Origin: Candidatus Peribacteria bacterium
GTDB lineage: Bacteria > Patescibacteriota > Gracilibacteria > Peribacterales > Peribacteraceae
Reading direction: 5' to 3'
NCBI GenBank assembly: GCA_028286915.1
Contig: JAQBQQ010000023.1
Location: 8,005 to 72,004 of the forward strand
Length of the DNA: 64,000 nucleotides
The position numbers and the translations under genes were made by a program. Positions within the stretch are counted from its first letter, which is position 1; the number at the start of each line of letters is the position of its first letter. Positions 19,593 through 29,312 of this stretch are shown in pieces. Below the pieces are notes generated by a model, which ran no database searches, was not told the DNA's origin, and saw only the letters and a program-made list of their open reading frames with translations.

Positions 19593-20258
19593 ATGACATT
19601 CATGCGAAAATCAGCCTTTATTCCATTGGCCGTTATTCTTCTTATGGTTGTATCGGCGGTCTATGGAACATCCAGGTTGTTGTATGCCAAAAACCCGGAT
19701 CTGAATCATAGCCATGCGGATTTTGCCATATGGGTAAACGGGAAGAAGCTTGATTTCTCGGCTGACAAATATATGTCCAGCGAAACGAAACAACCAAGCG
19801 CAGGGAAAAAAGAGCTGAGCAGATTTCTGCATCTGCATGATGGAATCGGGTACGTGATTCACAGGCATAAGGCGGGGCTGACATTCGGGGATTTTTTGGA
19901 TTCCCTTGGCCTGACGGTATCGGGTAGTTGTCTCCGGTTGGATGATTATCAGTACCAACGATTGGATCCAGCCTGGCGACAGGATTTTGCCGTTACGCCA
20001 AACCTTTGCCCAACCGGGAAATTCCACTGGCAGATGTATGTAAACGGGGTGGAGCAGCCGGCGAATTTTGCGTACTTATTTAAGGATGGAGATCATATTC
20101 TTTTTGTTTACAGTGCTGCAGATAGCCATGTAGAGGAGCTAAAGCAAATGACGAACGATGCCTGTCTCTATTCCCAGACATGTCTCTGGCGCGGCAAAGC
20201 TCCCACCGAGCATTGCATTGCAGATCCGGAGGTGCCGTGTGTGGTACCACAATCATAA
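19593..20258 (+). CDS. exported His/Cys-rich hypothetical protein
   Basis: N-terminal TM; HSHADF, LHLHDG..IHRH, C-terminal Cys cluster. Confidence 0.75.
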   Translation: MTFMRKSAFIPLAVILLMVVSAVYGTSRLLYAKNPDLNHSHADFAIWVNGKKLDFSADKYMSSETKQPSAGKKELSRFLHLHDGIGYVIHRHKAGLTFGDFLDSLGLTVSGSCLRLDDYQYQRLDPAWRQDFAVTPNLCPTGKFHWQMYVNGVEQPANFAYLFKDGDHILFVYSAADSHVEELKQMTNDACLYSQTCLWRGKAPTEHCIADPEVPCVVPQS

Positions 20259-20350
20259 AAATTCCAAATTGGAATTTAGGATTTGGAATTTGGAATTTTG
20301 CCTATCTGTTCTTGCTTACCGGTTCTCATGCGTAGTGCTATATTTTATGT

Positions 20351-21313
20351 ATGTCTTCCCGTCAGGAAAGTACCATTACACGTATTCTCGTCGGTTTACT
20401 TTTTACAGCCGTATTAGCCGGTAACTGGGATGTGTGGTGGCATGGGGCGGTGGGGCGCGATTCGTTCTGGGAGCCGCCGCATATACTTTTATACAGCTCG
20501 GTGACTGCAGCGGTCCTGATTGCTTTGTATGCGTGGCGAATGTTTGGTGGCCGGCAGTGGCGGAACTTCACCCTGCTTCTTCTGCTGGTGCCGTTATCAG
20601 CCCCTATTGATGATGCATGGCACCGCATGTTCGGGCTGGAGGCGGTGAATGACCCGGTGATTATCTGGAGTCCGCCGCATCTGCTGTTGGTATTCGCTCT
20701 TGCGGCTGCCTGTGTATATTTGCTGAATTTGTTAAGAAATGAGACTGATGTGCATATCCGGTGGCTTGGCAGTTGCCTGCTTTTTGCCACTATTTTCAGT
20801 TTGTTGCTTTTCCCTACCATTCCCATCCAGCCCTGTGGCGCGTTTCAATTACTTGGTTTTTACGGTGCCGGAATTATTGCGGCTATTTTTATAGGACACA
20901 TGTTCTTTATTGAGCGCTTTTTGAAACAGCCGGGAAGCATTCTTTTATCGTTCTTCATATTTCTGGTTATTCATGCCACATTGCTTACCAGGCGTTTTGC
21001 GCCCGGCGTGCTTATTGCCAAAAATGATGTTCAGCCGGAATGGCTGATCATTTTTGCGTTTTTGGTACCGGCCTTATTCATGGAGTTAACGCCAAAACTT
21101 TCTGCCTGGCTGCGCGGAGGAATTGCCGCCGGGCTCTGGGCCGGTATTCTGTACGGTTTCTCGTCACCGTTTTTATTGCCGGAGTTTCAGTATTCGAATG
21201 GCGATGCTCTAACGGCCATTGCAACAAGTATAGGGGCAGGTTTGGTGATCGGATTGATTTATATCTCTATAATCAATTTCCCAAAACTAAAAACCATAAA
21301 CCAAAAACTATAA
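20351..21313 (+). CDS. polytopic membrane protein with two D-x3-H...PPH motifs
   Basis: WDVWWHGAVGRDSFWEPPH and IDDAWHRMFG...WSPPH; many TM helices. Confidence 0.8.
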   Translation: MSSRQESTITRILVGLLFTAVLAGNWDVWWHGAVGRDSFWEPPHILLYSSVTAAVLIALYAWRMFGGRQWRNFTLLLLLVPLSAPIDDAWHRMFGLEAVNDPVIIWSPPHLLLVFALAAACVYLLNLLRNETDVHIRWLGSCLLFATIFSLLLFPTIPIQPCGAFQLLGFYGAGIIAAIFIGHMFFIERFLKQPGSILLSFFIFLVIHATLLTRRFAPGVLIAKNDVQPEWLIIFAFLVPALFMELTPKLSAWLRGGIAAGLWAGILYGFSSPFLLPEFQYSNGDALTAIATSIGAGLVIGLIYISIINFPKLKTINQKL

Positions 21314-21325
21314 ACGTATCATCAA

Positions 21326-22762
21326 CTACTCACTCACTTTCACATCCATCCGCAACATAGCCATGGAACAGAGAATCTGGAAATCTTTTGTCGGGTAGCC
21401 GATATGCATCCAGTTGCCGCCTTTTACGACCGGAGTGGAAGCGCCATACACCGGCGCCACAATGGTGCTGGCGCAACCGTAAGGTGTGGCAGCAGCGTAG
21501 GCATAGACCCAGGTATCAAAACCGGGGCGGATAGTGGCGAGTGCCGGACTAAAACCCTGGTCGCTTACGCTTATGGCCAGAATCTGTCGGTTTTGAGCGT
21601 CTGTGGAGACGTATTGGCGGGTAGGGTCGGTGGCTGTCACTTGCGCGCGGCTGCTGGAAAAAAGAATATGATCCAGAGCGCCGGCGGCATTCACTCCGGA
21701 CAGAAGTAAGCCGCTATTCAGCTGGGACATGCCAAGAATAACAGCCACGGAACCGGCAAACTGCAGGAAGATGCGGCCTTTTCTGCCATCCAGAACAGAA
21801 CTCAAAATACTGATGCCAAGCAAGGAGGGGAGCGTGCCCAGCGCAAATATAAACATAATGGCGGCGCCTTTGAAAAAGCTGCCGGAACCAAGTGCCAGCA
21901 CCTGCATGGACTGCGTAAAACCGCAGGGCACGAAAAATGTGAGTGCGCCCAGGCCAATTGGCATCAGCGGATTTTTGGATTCAGTCAGTCTGCCAATGCG
22001 ATTCTGGAAACCGCGCGGCAGGGGAATGCTGCAGTAGCGTTTGGGGAGTATATGCAGAATGTTCAGGCCCAGCATGAGCATAATGACGGCAATGACAATG
22101 GTAAGCGCTCCTTTTAAGGGTGTGGACAATGTGAACACCGTACCTATGGCACCAATAATGCCGCCGAACAGAAAATAGCCCGCCAGACGGCCGGCATTGA
22201 AAGCGAGTAGAGGCTGGAAACGTTCCAGCCGGCTTTGGGACTTGTGTGTCTCGGCCCATTTGGCCGATACAGTGAGCAGTAAACCGCCAACCATGGCCAT
22301 GCAACTGGAAAATGCCGCTACGAGCCCGATGGAGAAAATAGCACCCGTGCCAAGTACGCCCTGTACTTCTGTGGGTACAGTGAGAACATGAAAGTGCGTG
22401 AGCAATTGATACAGTGCCAGTACAAAAATAAGCATGCCGCCCACTTCTATAAGCGCAAGATGTGATTGCGGTGAGGTTGTATTACCTGCAGATGCAGTGA
22501 GTTCGTGGTTCCGGGTGGTGCCAAGTACATATGATGTATGGGCGAGCGCTTTTTGCAGAGCAGCGAGGCTGATTTTTTTTGTGGAATATACTTCCACTTC
22601 CGCCCGGCGCTCGCTGGCACGCACATCGGTAATGCCGGCGACTTTTTGTAAGTTTTGTTCAATGAGCAATTCGCAGCTGCGGCATGTCATGCCCCGGACT
22701 GAAAACAGCTGACGGATAAGTCTGGCCCCGGAAGAAAGTTCGGAAGGAGGTGCAGAAGACAT
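21326..22762 (-). CDS. HMA-domain plus DsbD_2/TauE-SafE-like membrane protein with cupredoxin-like C-terminus
   Basis: GMTCRSCE; SSCMAMVGG; FNAGRL; PCGFTQSMQ; FALGTLP; GFSP...C...CSMAM. Confidence 0.85.
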   Translation of the reverse strand: MSSAPPSELSSGARLIRQLFSVRGMTCRSCELLIEQNLQKVAGITDVRASERRAEVEVYSTKKISLAALQKALAHTSYVLGTTRNHELTASAGNTTSPQSHLALIEVGGMLIFVLALYQLLTHFHVLTVPTEVQGVLGTGAIFSIGLVAAFSSCMAMVGGLLLTVSAKWAETHKSQSRLERFQPLLAFNAGRLAGYFLFGGIIGAIGTVFTLSTPLKGALTIVIAVIMLMLGLNILHILPKRYCSIPLPRGFQNRIGRLTESKNPLMPIGLGALTFFVPCGFTQSMQVLALGSGSFFKGAAIMFIFALGTLPSLLGISILSSVLDGRKGRIFLQFAGSVAVILGMSQLNSGLLLSGVNAAGALDHILFSSSRAQVTATDPTRQYVSTDAQNRQILAISVSDQGFSPALATIRPGFDTWVYAYAAATPYGCASTIVAPVYGASTPVVKGGNWMHIGYPTKDFQILCSMAMLRMDVKVSE

Positions 22763-22865
22763 TACCTGTATAGTATAGCATAAATTGATGTTTTTGCCGG
22801 TGGACGATCTTTTAATTTTGTTAAAAATCCATTATAACCATACTGTTTCCTTTCTCATTGTTCTT

Positions 22866-23459
22866 ATGATCATTGATCCTGTTGATCCGCCCGCCCACCC
22901 TTTGCCAGATGATGCCCATGAAGCCGGCTTGGATCCCGCTACACTTACCGAGAATGATCCGTCTGCTCCAGGGCCGGGCAATGACCTTACGGCAGCCAGG
23001 ATTGCCTTACTGGAGGCAAAAATTATTGATCTGGAAGTGCAAGTACAGAAGTTTATGGAGCTGGCCGCGCGTTCGCAGGCGGAACTGCAGAATGCCAAGC
23101 TGCGCATGGATAAAGATGCCAAAGACATTCGCCAGTACGCATCAGAAGCTATTCTGTTAAAGCTGCTCCCGACTATTGATAACTTCCAACGGGCATTCCA
23201 GCACCTGCCGGAGGAGCTGAAAAGCCACGAATGGATAAAAGGCATGCTGGCTATGGAGCAGGACTTTATGAAACAGGTGACGGATTTGGGAATGAAAAAA
23301 ATAGAATCACTTGGCCAGCAGGTGGACCCGCACCGGCATGAAGTGGTGACTGTAGGCGAAGGGAAAGAAGGGGAGATCCTGGAAGTGTTTGAAGATGGTT
23401 ATGAACTCCACGGCAAAGTCATTCGCCCGGCAAAAGTGAAAGTGGGTGGCGGGGCGTAA
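22866..23459 (+). CDS. grpE: nucleotide exchange factor GrpE
   Basis: RSQAELQN, LLPTIDNFQRA, DPHRHE, GYELHGKVIRPAKVKV. Confidence 0.95.
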   Translation: MIIDPVDPPAHPLPDDAHEAGLDPATLTENDPSAPGPGNDLTAARIALLEAKIIDLEVQVQKFMELAARSQAELQNAKLRMDKDAKDIRQYASEAILLKLLPTIDNFQRAFQHLPEELKSHEWIKGMLAMEQDFMKQVTDLGMKKIESLGQQVDPHRHEVVTVGEGKEGEILEVFEDGYELHGKVIRPAKVKVGGGA

Positions 23460-23498
23460 GTTGATTGGTTACTAGTTATTTGGTTGATTGGAATACAT

Positions 23499-23723
23499 AT
23501 GACATACCTTATGAAACAGGACAGCATGTATCTTGATGTGAATGATTGGGAAGAATATCTCAACTATAAAGTTCATGGATCCATAATCCGGTTGGATGTT
23601 TACCGTCGTATAGAAGTAGTTATGCAGGGAAACCACAAGATTCTGGCACTTATTGTGGAGGGAATACGCATATGCAGGCTCCTGGAAAAAGCGGCAGCCG
23701 ATTGCGTTAAAAACGAATTTTAA
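23499..23723 (+). CDS. small hypothetical protein
   Basis: 74-aa ORF, no recognisable motif. Confidence 0.4.
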   Translation: MTYLMKQDSMYLDVNDWEEYLNYKVHGSIIRLDVYRRIEVVMQGNHKILALIVEGIRICRLLEKAAADCVKNEF

Positions 23724-23785
23724 ACCGTAGATGTTGAGCAGAAGATGGTTTTTTGATATAATGATGACTTCATTCACATAGATAT

Positions 23786-24043
23786 ATGAAACATTCAGAT
23801 GCCAATGTATCAAACGAGGAACAGGACATACCGCCATCTATGAGCATACGGCGCATGGAATCTTCAATTTCGTCCGAAGAGTGGAGTCAATTTACTGACT
23901 ATATGGAACTGGGTACGCCCATTGATTCCAATCTTTTAGATAAATTTCGTACTATTGCAAAGGCAGATGAATACATTCAAAAACAGTGGGGCTTTACCAG
24001 GTTACAGATTGCCCGGCTGCTTGGTAATCCTCAAAATCAATAA
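23786..24043 (+). CDS. small hypothetical protein
   Basis: 85-aa ORF, no recognisable motif. Confidence 0.5.
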   Translation: MKHSDANVSNEEQDIPPSMSIRRMESSISSEEWSQFTDYMELGTPIDSNLLDKFRTIAKADEYIQKQWGFTRLQIARLLGNPQNQ

Positions 24044-24198
24044 CAGGTTTTAGAACTTCAGTAAGCCATTTTTTAGAAGGCCGATTATCAGATACACCGT
24101 ACTGATAATTGCCAACGGGATATTCACAAGCATGACGATAAGTCCGTCCAGTTCAATGTAAGGTTTGCCGAGGTGATACATAAAAATTGAATGTGCTA

Positions 24199-25479
24199 TT
24201 ACTGCTCAATATATTGCCTGAATTGCTCGCCTTTATCTTCGAAGTTTTTGAACATGTTATAGCTGGGCGAGGCTGTGGAAAGCAGGCACATTTTACCGGG
24301 TTTGGTGTTTGCTTTGGCGGCTTCTACGGCTGCCGGCATATCCTGTGCTTCATAAAAGCTGATGCCGATGCGGTGGGCGTCTTCAATGGCGCGCTTAATG
24401 CGGCTGCCTGTTTCCGGGAATAGAATGACATTGGCAATCATGGAATCGGCAACCATCTGGCCGAGGTCGCCAAAATCATAGCCGCGGTCCTGGCCGCCCA
24501 GAATAATAGTGTGCACTTTATTGCCCAGAGCTTTAAGGGCTGCCATGGTACTCTCCGGAGTGGTGGAAATGGCGTCATCCACCCATTCTATCCCGTGATG
24601 CATTCCCAGAAATTGCAGCCGGTGCGGCAGGCCTTCAAAATGTCTGATGGCCGCCAGAGTGATATCATCAGCAATATGAAGATGCTTTGCCACGGCACAG
24701 GCGCCGGCAATGTTGGATAAATTATGATCGCCCAGAAGTCTGGTTTCGTTTATGTGCAGCGGGGCATCTGCTCTGGAAAAAGGGATTTTCTGTCCGGCTG
24801 ATTGTCCCGCAATCTCCGTAGCTCCGCTGGAATCCTTATTATAAAAAACGATGTCATCGGGTGTCTGAAAACGGGTAATATGTTTCTTGGCCTCCATATA
24901 GGCTTCCAGCGAGCCATGGTAATCCAAATGCTCCGGGAAAAAGCTGGTAATGACGGCTATGTGCGGACTGGTGTGCAGGTCCATCAGTTGGTAGCTGCTC
25001 ATTTCCAGTACAAAGATTACCCCGGCATGGGCGTCGCCAATATGATCAATGGCGGGCAGACCGATATTTCCAACAAGGTGCACATCTTTGCCGGCTGCCT
25101 TAAGAACAGCGTAGATCAGGCTGCTGGTTGTGCTTTTTCCCTTGGAACCCGTAACGCCGATGGCGGCGGCACCCGTGTCTTTAGTGGAATCGAGGAAAAT
25201 TTGCGTGGAAGATGTGAGTTTTGAGTTTTGAGCTTTGAGTTCAGGGCCCGGAGGAATACCGGGAGATTTGATAATGACATCAAATTTCTCAAGGTTTTCC
25301 AGCCAACCGGTGCCGAGCTGTTTTGCGTATTGCTCCGGCACGGCAATGTTTTCATTTTTGTCGGCAACGGTTATTGTACAATCTGTACAATGCTTTTCAA
25401 TAGCCCGGAGCATGGCTTGTCCTTCTTTGCCAAAGCCCAGAATGCAGATTTTTTTGCGGGTCAGTTCTGTAATATGCAT
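24199..25479 (-). CDS. murD: UDP-MurNAc-L-Ala--glutamate ligase (MurD; probably MurD2-type)
   Basis: ILGFGKEG, KSPGIP, GVTGSKGKSTT, GNIG, LEMSSYQL, PEHLDYH, GLPHRLQ, DDAISTTPES. Confidence 0.93.
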   Translation of the reverse strand: MHITELTRKKICILGFGKEGQAMLRAIEKHCTDCTITVADKNENIAVPEQYAKQLGTGWLENLEKFDVIIKSPGIPPGPELKAQNSKLTSSTQIFLDSTKDTGAAAIGVTGSKGKSTTSSLIYAVLKAAGKDVHLVGNIGLPAIDHIGDAHAGVIFVLEMSSYQLMDLHTSPHIAVITSFFPEHLDYHGSLEAYMEAKKHITRFQTPDDIVFYNKDSSGATEIAGQSAGQKIPFSRADAPLHINETRLLGDHNLSNIAGACAVAKHLHIADDITLAAIRHFEGLPHRLQFLGMHHGIEWVDDAISTTPESTMAALKALGNKVHTIILGGQDRGYDFGDLGQMVADSMIANVILFPETGSRIKRAIEDAHRIGISFYEAQDMPAAVEAAKANTKPGKMCLLSTASPSYNMFKNFEDKGEQFRQYIEQ

Positions 25480-25481
25480 GG

Positions 25482-26966
25482 CTACAGAATAGCAGACTCG
25501 TACTTTTGCGGAATGGCATGATCGTCTGACGGTGTGAGTTCCTGCTCAATGAGCGCATGGACATCGGCAGGCAGACCTGTTTCCTCCAGTGCCATTTTCA
25601 TAACGGGTGTCTGCTCCCAGCCGCCGCGTTCGTGTGCCAGAATGAATGCCGACGCCGTTTCTTCCGGTGTACCCACGCACTCAAATGGCTTAAAGCCTTC
25701 CAGATCCAGTAACTGGCGGTACAGCGGAATAAGTGTTTCATCGTCGAAAAGATTTTTGCCGAACATAGTCACGAGCGTATCTTTTGGAAGGTACGCTGCC
25801 AGAAGTACAAAGACGAATGCGCATTTTGGACATTTGCCGCACCAGCCTCCGCGCTTTGGAGATTTTTTGCTGTCAGTCGAGGTTTGAGTATTTTCTGCTT
25901 TATCCGTATCTGCGCTCTGGCTGGCAGGCCAGGATTTTTCGAAGTTTTCTTTTAAGTATTTCCAGTTGGTATTACAGCTGGTGACATGTTCAAAGTATTG
26001 CGGGTATGTGCTGAAGAGCTTGGCGATAGCCAGTTCGCTGAGCGGCCGGAGCAGGCTGAAATACTGCACCTGCGTTTTGACGGTGGTTTCCAGGTAGTGC
26101 TGGAACATATGTTCGAATTCCAGGCCTTTGCTCCACTGGTGGTTAATATCTTTGCCCAAATACCAGACATTTCCTTCATTGGCGCTGCGCTCGTTGCTCA
26201 TGACAACGGATTCAAAGCCGTAGAGAATACTGAGGACAACGGTAACGGCGCTAAGGTATGCCGTAATCGGAACATGGCCGTTGAGCGCACCCTTGGCATT
26301 TAAATCAAACAGCGTTGGTGACAAATGGCGTTCGGCTGTGAGCATGGGAAGTTTGGCAATTTCGGCCAGCTTGTCGATAAACGGATGGCTGCCCATACGG
26401 AACAGGACAGGGTCAAACCCGGCTTTCTTTAGTAGTTCGATAGTCACCATGGAGTCTTTGCCGCCCCCGATGGGCACAAGAATCTGTTGATTGGTTGGTT
26501 CGTTTATTGGTTTATCGTTTGTACCTTGCTCACCGGAGAGCTTGCTCATACGTGCATTATTTTTTTCTACAATCCGCAGTTGTTCTTCTACGGACAGTAG
26601 GGGCTTGGTTGCCGATGGGAAATTGATGAGATCGGTAAAATCGATCTTATTCTGGTAGAAGAACTCGCCGAGACCGTTTTCGTACACGGTGTTCCAGAAT
26701 TTGGTTTCACGTTTGCTCAGGATGCCGGACCGTATTTCCATCTGTTTCGGCAGGCATGTTTTGTAGTAACTGATGCCGCCAATAAGGTGCAGCATAAAGA
26801 GTGCCCGTTCCAGTTCATCCGGGTCGTAGGCCACAAAGCCTACATGCGGCAGGATAATCTTCTCCGTAAACTTCACATGTCCGTCCAGGCTATAGTTTAA
26901 CTGAATCTCACCTTTGGCAGGCAGAAACACGTATGAATGGAAAATGAAGGTCTTAAAAGTGTCCAT
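25482..26966 (-). CDS. murL: MurL-like UDP-MurNAc-L-Ala-L-Glu epimerase
   Basis: GISYYK, GLGEFFYQN, PIGGGKDS, GALNGHVPITA, MSNERSA, NHQWSK, SCN, WCGKCPKC, KPFECVG; directly upstream of murD. Confidence 0.82.
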   Translation of the reverse strand: MDTFKTFIFHSYVFLPAKGEIQLNYSLDGHVKFTEKIILPHVGFVAYDPDELERALFMLHLIGGISYYKTCLPKQMEIRSGILSKRETKFWNTVYENGLGEFFYQNKIDFTDLINFPSATKPLLSVEEQLRIVEKNNARMSKLSGEQGTNDKPINEPTNQQILVPIGGGKDSMVTIELLKKAGFDPVLFRMGSHPFIDKLAEIAKLPMLTAERHLSPTLFDLNAKGALNGHVPITAYLSAVTVVLSILYGFESVVMSNERSANEGNVWYLGKDINHQWSKGLEFEHMFQHYLETTVKTQVQYFSLLRPLSELAIAKLFSTYPQYFEHVTSCNTNWKYLKENFEKSWPASQSADTDKAENTQTSTDSKKSPKRGGWCGKCPKCAFVFVLLAAYLPKDTLVTMFGKNLFDDETLIPLYRQLLDLEGFKPFECVGTPEETASAFILAHERGGWEQTPVMKMALEETGLPADVHALIEQELTPSDDHAIPQKYESAIL

Positions 26967-27142
26967 AGGGGCAGAGTGTAGCGGAAAAACAGCTTGGAAT
27001 ACACAAAATCGCTGGCTGGCGGGGTAAACCCGGTCTTGGATTGATTTACTGTATATATATTATACAATAATTATGTGGAAGGCAAAGGATGACCGCCTGC
27101 CACAGTGTCAGGATGTTCGTTCATTTCACTTCGGAGGCATTC

Positions 27143-27427
27143 ATGATGATTCATTTCATCAAAGATCAGTGGCTCGGCTCGGGCATTATTGCCATCTCTC
27201 TGGCTGTTGTAATTTTTTGGATGGTCTGGCGGTTGTTGCTGTACTTGTATGATTCCCTGGTACGACCGAAACGTGAAAGGCGACTGCTTCAGCAGGCTGT
27301 GCAGAGGGTTATGGAAAAGAAGGGTGGCCACCCCGATGATATCGAGGCGGCTATCACGATCACCACACAGCTCACGGGCTTGTCTATTGAAGAAGTTACT
27401 GAAGACTGGTTGGATCAGACATCCTGA
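27143..27427 (+). CDS. hypothetical single-TM protein (ORFan-like)
   Basis: GGAGG SD, TTGATT-16-TACAAT promoter at 27041-27068, terminator downstream. Confidence 0.6.
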   Translation: MMIHFIKDQWLGSGIIAISLAVVIFWMVWRLLLYLYDSLVRPKRERRLLQQAVQRVMEKKGGHPDDIEAAITITTQLTGLSIEEVTEDWLDQTS

Positions 27428-27433
27428 TATACA

Positions 27434-27465
27434 GCCCCGCAACCAAGCGTTGCGGGGCGTTTTTT
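27434..27465 (+). terminator. intrinsic terminator
   Basis: gccccgcaac-caagc-gttgcggggc + tttttt. Confidence 0.8.
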
Positions 27466-27844
27466 ATTTCTCATTCGTCGGCTTGCTCCGGATAATCAGC
27501 AGTAACTTGGCAATGCCCCATGCCAATAGCGGGTACACGATAAGGGCGATGATGGTTGTCGGTTCAAAGACGCGCTGTACGCTGCCGCCGGACAGCAGAC
27601 CGGGCTTGAATAGTCCTTGAAATGGCAGAACTAACACAGTGGTAGTGCCATACACCAGTGCGGCAAAGACGTTGCCGGGGTTTGCAGAGGAGAGTTTGAA
27701 AAAGAACCGGAAGACAAGCAGTACTTCTATAACACCAAGGCCGTAGTATACCAGCCGGTACGTCCGGTGGTCATTTACGGCAATTTCATACTGAGCCGGC
27801 TGCGTAATGCTGTCTTCTTTGATTTCTATTTTTTCATCTGCCAT
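27464..27844 (-). CDS. YggT-like small membrane protein
   Basis: IEVLLVFRFFFKLSSANPGNVF...PFQGLF...FEPTTIIALIVY. Confidence 0.7.
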   Translation of the reverse strand: MADEKIEIKEDSITQPAQYEIAVNDHRTYRLVYYGLGVIEVLLVFRFFFKLSSANPGNVFAALVYGTTTVLVLPFQGLFKPGLLSGGSVQRVFEPTTIIALIVYPLLAWGIAKLLLIIRSKPTNEK

Positions 27845-28039
27845 ATGGATAGAACCTTAACAGGCCAGGGGAAAACGCTCAATGGAGTTTTGTGATTGAG
27901 TTGCTATTGAATAGTACTTCGATTTGTCCGCCGCCGCCGCGAAGACAAAGGTAATTCGACTGAGCAGAGCCGCTATGATTAAATGAAAGAGCTCCACTCA
28001 TTGTCATTCGACTTGTTCATGTATACAGATCGTGGTTTA

Positions 28040-28081
28040 CCATGAGCAAGCATTGCCGCATCGCGGCTGCGAGTCGAATGG
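28040..28081. repeat. palindromic element fused to the tRNA-Leu CCA end
   Basis: ccat-gag-caagc...gcgagtc-gaa-tgg; the terminal tgg is the tRNA CCA. Confidence 0.6.
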
Positions 28082-28163
28082 TGCCGAGAGTGGGAATCGA
28101 ACCCACACATCTTGCGATACACGATTTTGAGTCGTGCGCGTCTACCAATTCCGCCATCCCGGC
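28079..28163 (-). tRNA. tRNA-Leu (CAA)
   Basis: GCCGGGATGGCGGAATTGGTAGACGCGCACGACTCAAAATCGTG...GTGGGTTCGATTCCCACTCTCGGCACCA, long variable arm. Confidence 0.95.
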
Positions 28164-28303
28164 ATGGGATACTTCCATAAAGTCTTACCTAAACGCTCTA
28201 TCTGCGAGCGGAGTTTATCCTGAGCCGGGCCGAAGGGCCATCCCGGCACGGGAGATTCTCATAAAGTATTACCCAAATGTTCTATTTACGAGCGGAGCTA
28301 TCC
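28153..28303. repeat. tandem duplication of tRNA-Leu 5' end plus upstream region
   Basis: 28153-28220 vs 28237-28303, separated by tgagccgggccgaagg. Confidence 0.75.
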
Positions 28304-28729
28304 TAACTGCTTTGCCTTTTCTGCAAAAGCCATTTCCAGCAACGCCGGCAAATGCGGGTGTAAATAGGGGAATTGATGGATTTCTTCGCGTGTTATCCAG
28401 GCAAATCCTTTATGTTCTTTGCTCAAAATGACATTTGGGGTGGCGGTTTTACACAGAAAATACACACCATACTGCGGTTGCTGAAAGCCCATCCAGTTAT
28501 CCACGCCCAGCACCCGGCCTACTTCTACATCTGTAATTTTTGTCTCTTCCTCTATTTCCCGCAGCAGACCGTCGATCCACTTTTCCTGTACATGCAGACG
28601 GCCGCCGGGAAGCAGCCATTTGCCATCGGATTTTTGGCCTTTCGGGCCGTTCGGCAGCTGGAGAATCAGCAACTTATTGTCCGGTCCAAATAATAACGCG
28701 CCTTGGGTGACTTCTGTGAGGAGATGCAT
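28298..28729 (-). CDS. NUDIX hydrolase
   Basis: WLLPGGRL...GLLREIEEET Nudix box; LSKEHKGFAWI. Confidence 0.88.
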   Translation of the reverse strand: MHLLTEVTQGALLFGPDNKLLILQLPNGPKGQKSDGKWLLPGGRLHVQEKWIDGLLREIEEETKITDVEVGRVLGVDNWMGFQQPQYGVYFLCKTATPNVILSKEHKGFAWITREEIHQFPYLHPHLPALLEMAFAEKAKQLG

Positions 28730-28793
28730 GGGGGTAGTATAGACAAGGAAACTTATAAATGAGAGACATTTCCTGGTCTGACAAAATTCCAAT

Positions 28794-28820
28794 GGTCCGC
28801 GGCCAGGTACGGCCGCTCTG
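28794..28820 (+). repeat. REP-like palindrome flanking the RAYT gene
   Basis: ggtcc-gcggcc-aggtac-ggccgc-tctg. Confidence 0.75.
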
Positions 28821-28822
28821 GT

Positions 28823-29255
28823 TTAGGGCAACGGATCAAGGGGCCATAATTTCCGTGCTGACGACCATGAATATTCAAAGGGCGTGTCGCATAATCCCTT
28901 TTTTACCGGATTCATATGAATATAGTTCAGTGTTGCATATAGATTATCAGGCAATGTCATATAAAACCGCGGTTGCCATAAGGTCATGAGTCCTACGGAA
29001 TGAGCCAGTCCGGATTTATATCGGTTCATGACCAGTGAAATGCGATGTGGTGATTGGATTTTTAATAAAAAGTGGCAGTGGTCAGGCATGATGACAAATC
29101 CATATAATGAAAAATGTTGTAAAGCCTGTACGCGATATAAGACATCTATAGCCTCGCGGGCGAACGCGGGATCAGTAAAAAACGGCTGTCTGTAGTTAAG
29201 TATTCGTGGTAATAAACATGACATGGCCATTTTGAATACGATGTCGTTGCGTCAT
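28823..29255 (-). pseudogene. REP-associated tyrosine transposase (RAYT, IS200-like Y1 HUH), frameshifted near the N-terminus
   Basis: HUH motif FVIMPDHCHFL, WQPRF, YIHMNPVKKGL, YSWSS; N-terminus MTQRHRIQNGHVMFITTNT stops at TAA 29196-29198 and continues in another frame. Confidence 0.82.
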
Positions 29256-29312
29256 GTTTCTATTGTTGATGACAGGCTTGTTGTTTTACATCTTGTTTTT
29301 ATTTTTCTTTTG

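Noticed and set aside
28042..28431. 129-aa plus-strand ORF
   Set aside because: Runs antisense through tRNA-Leu and its repeats; spurious.
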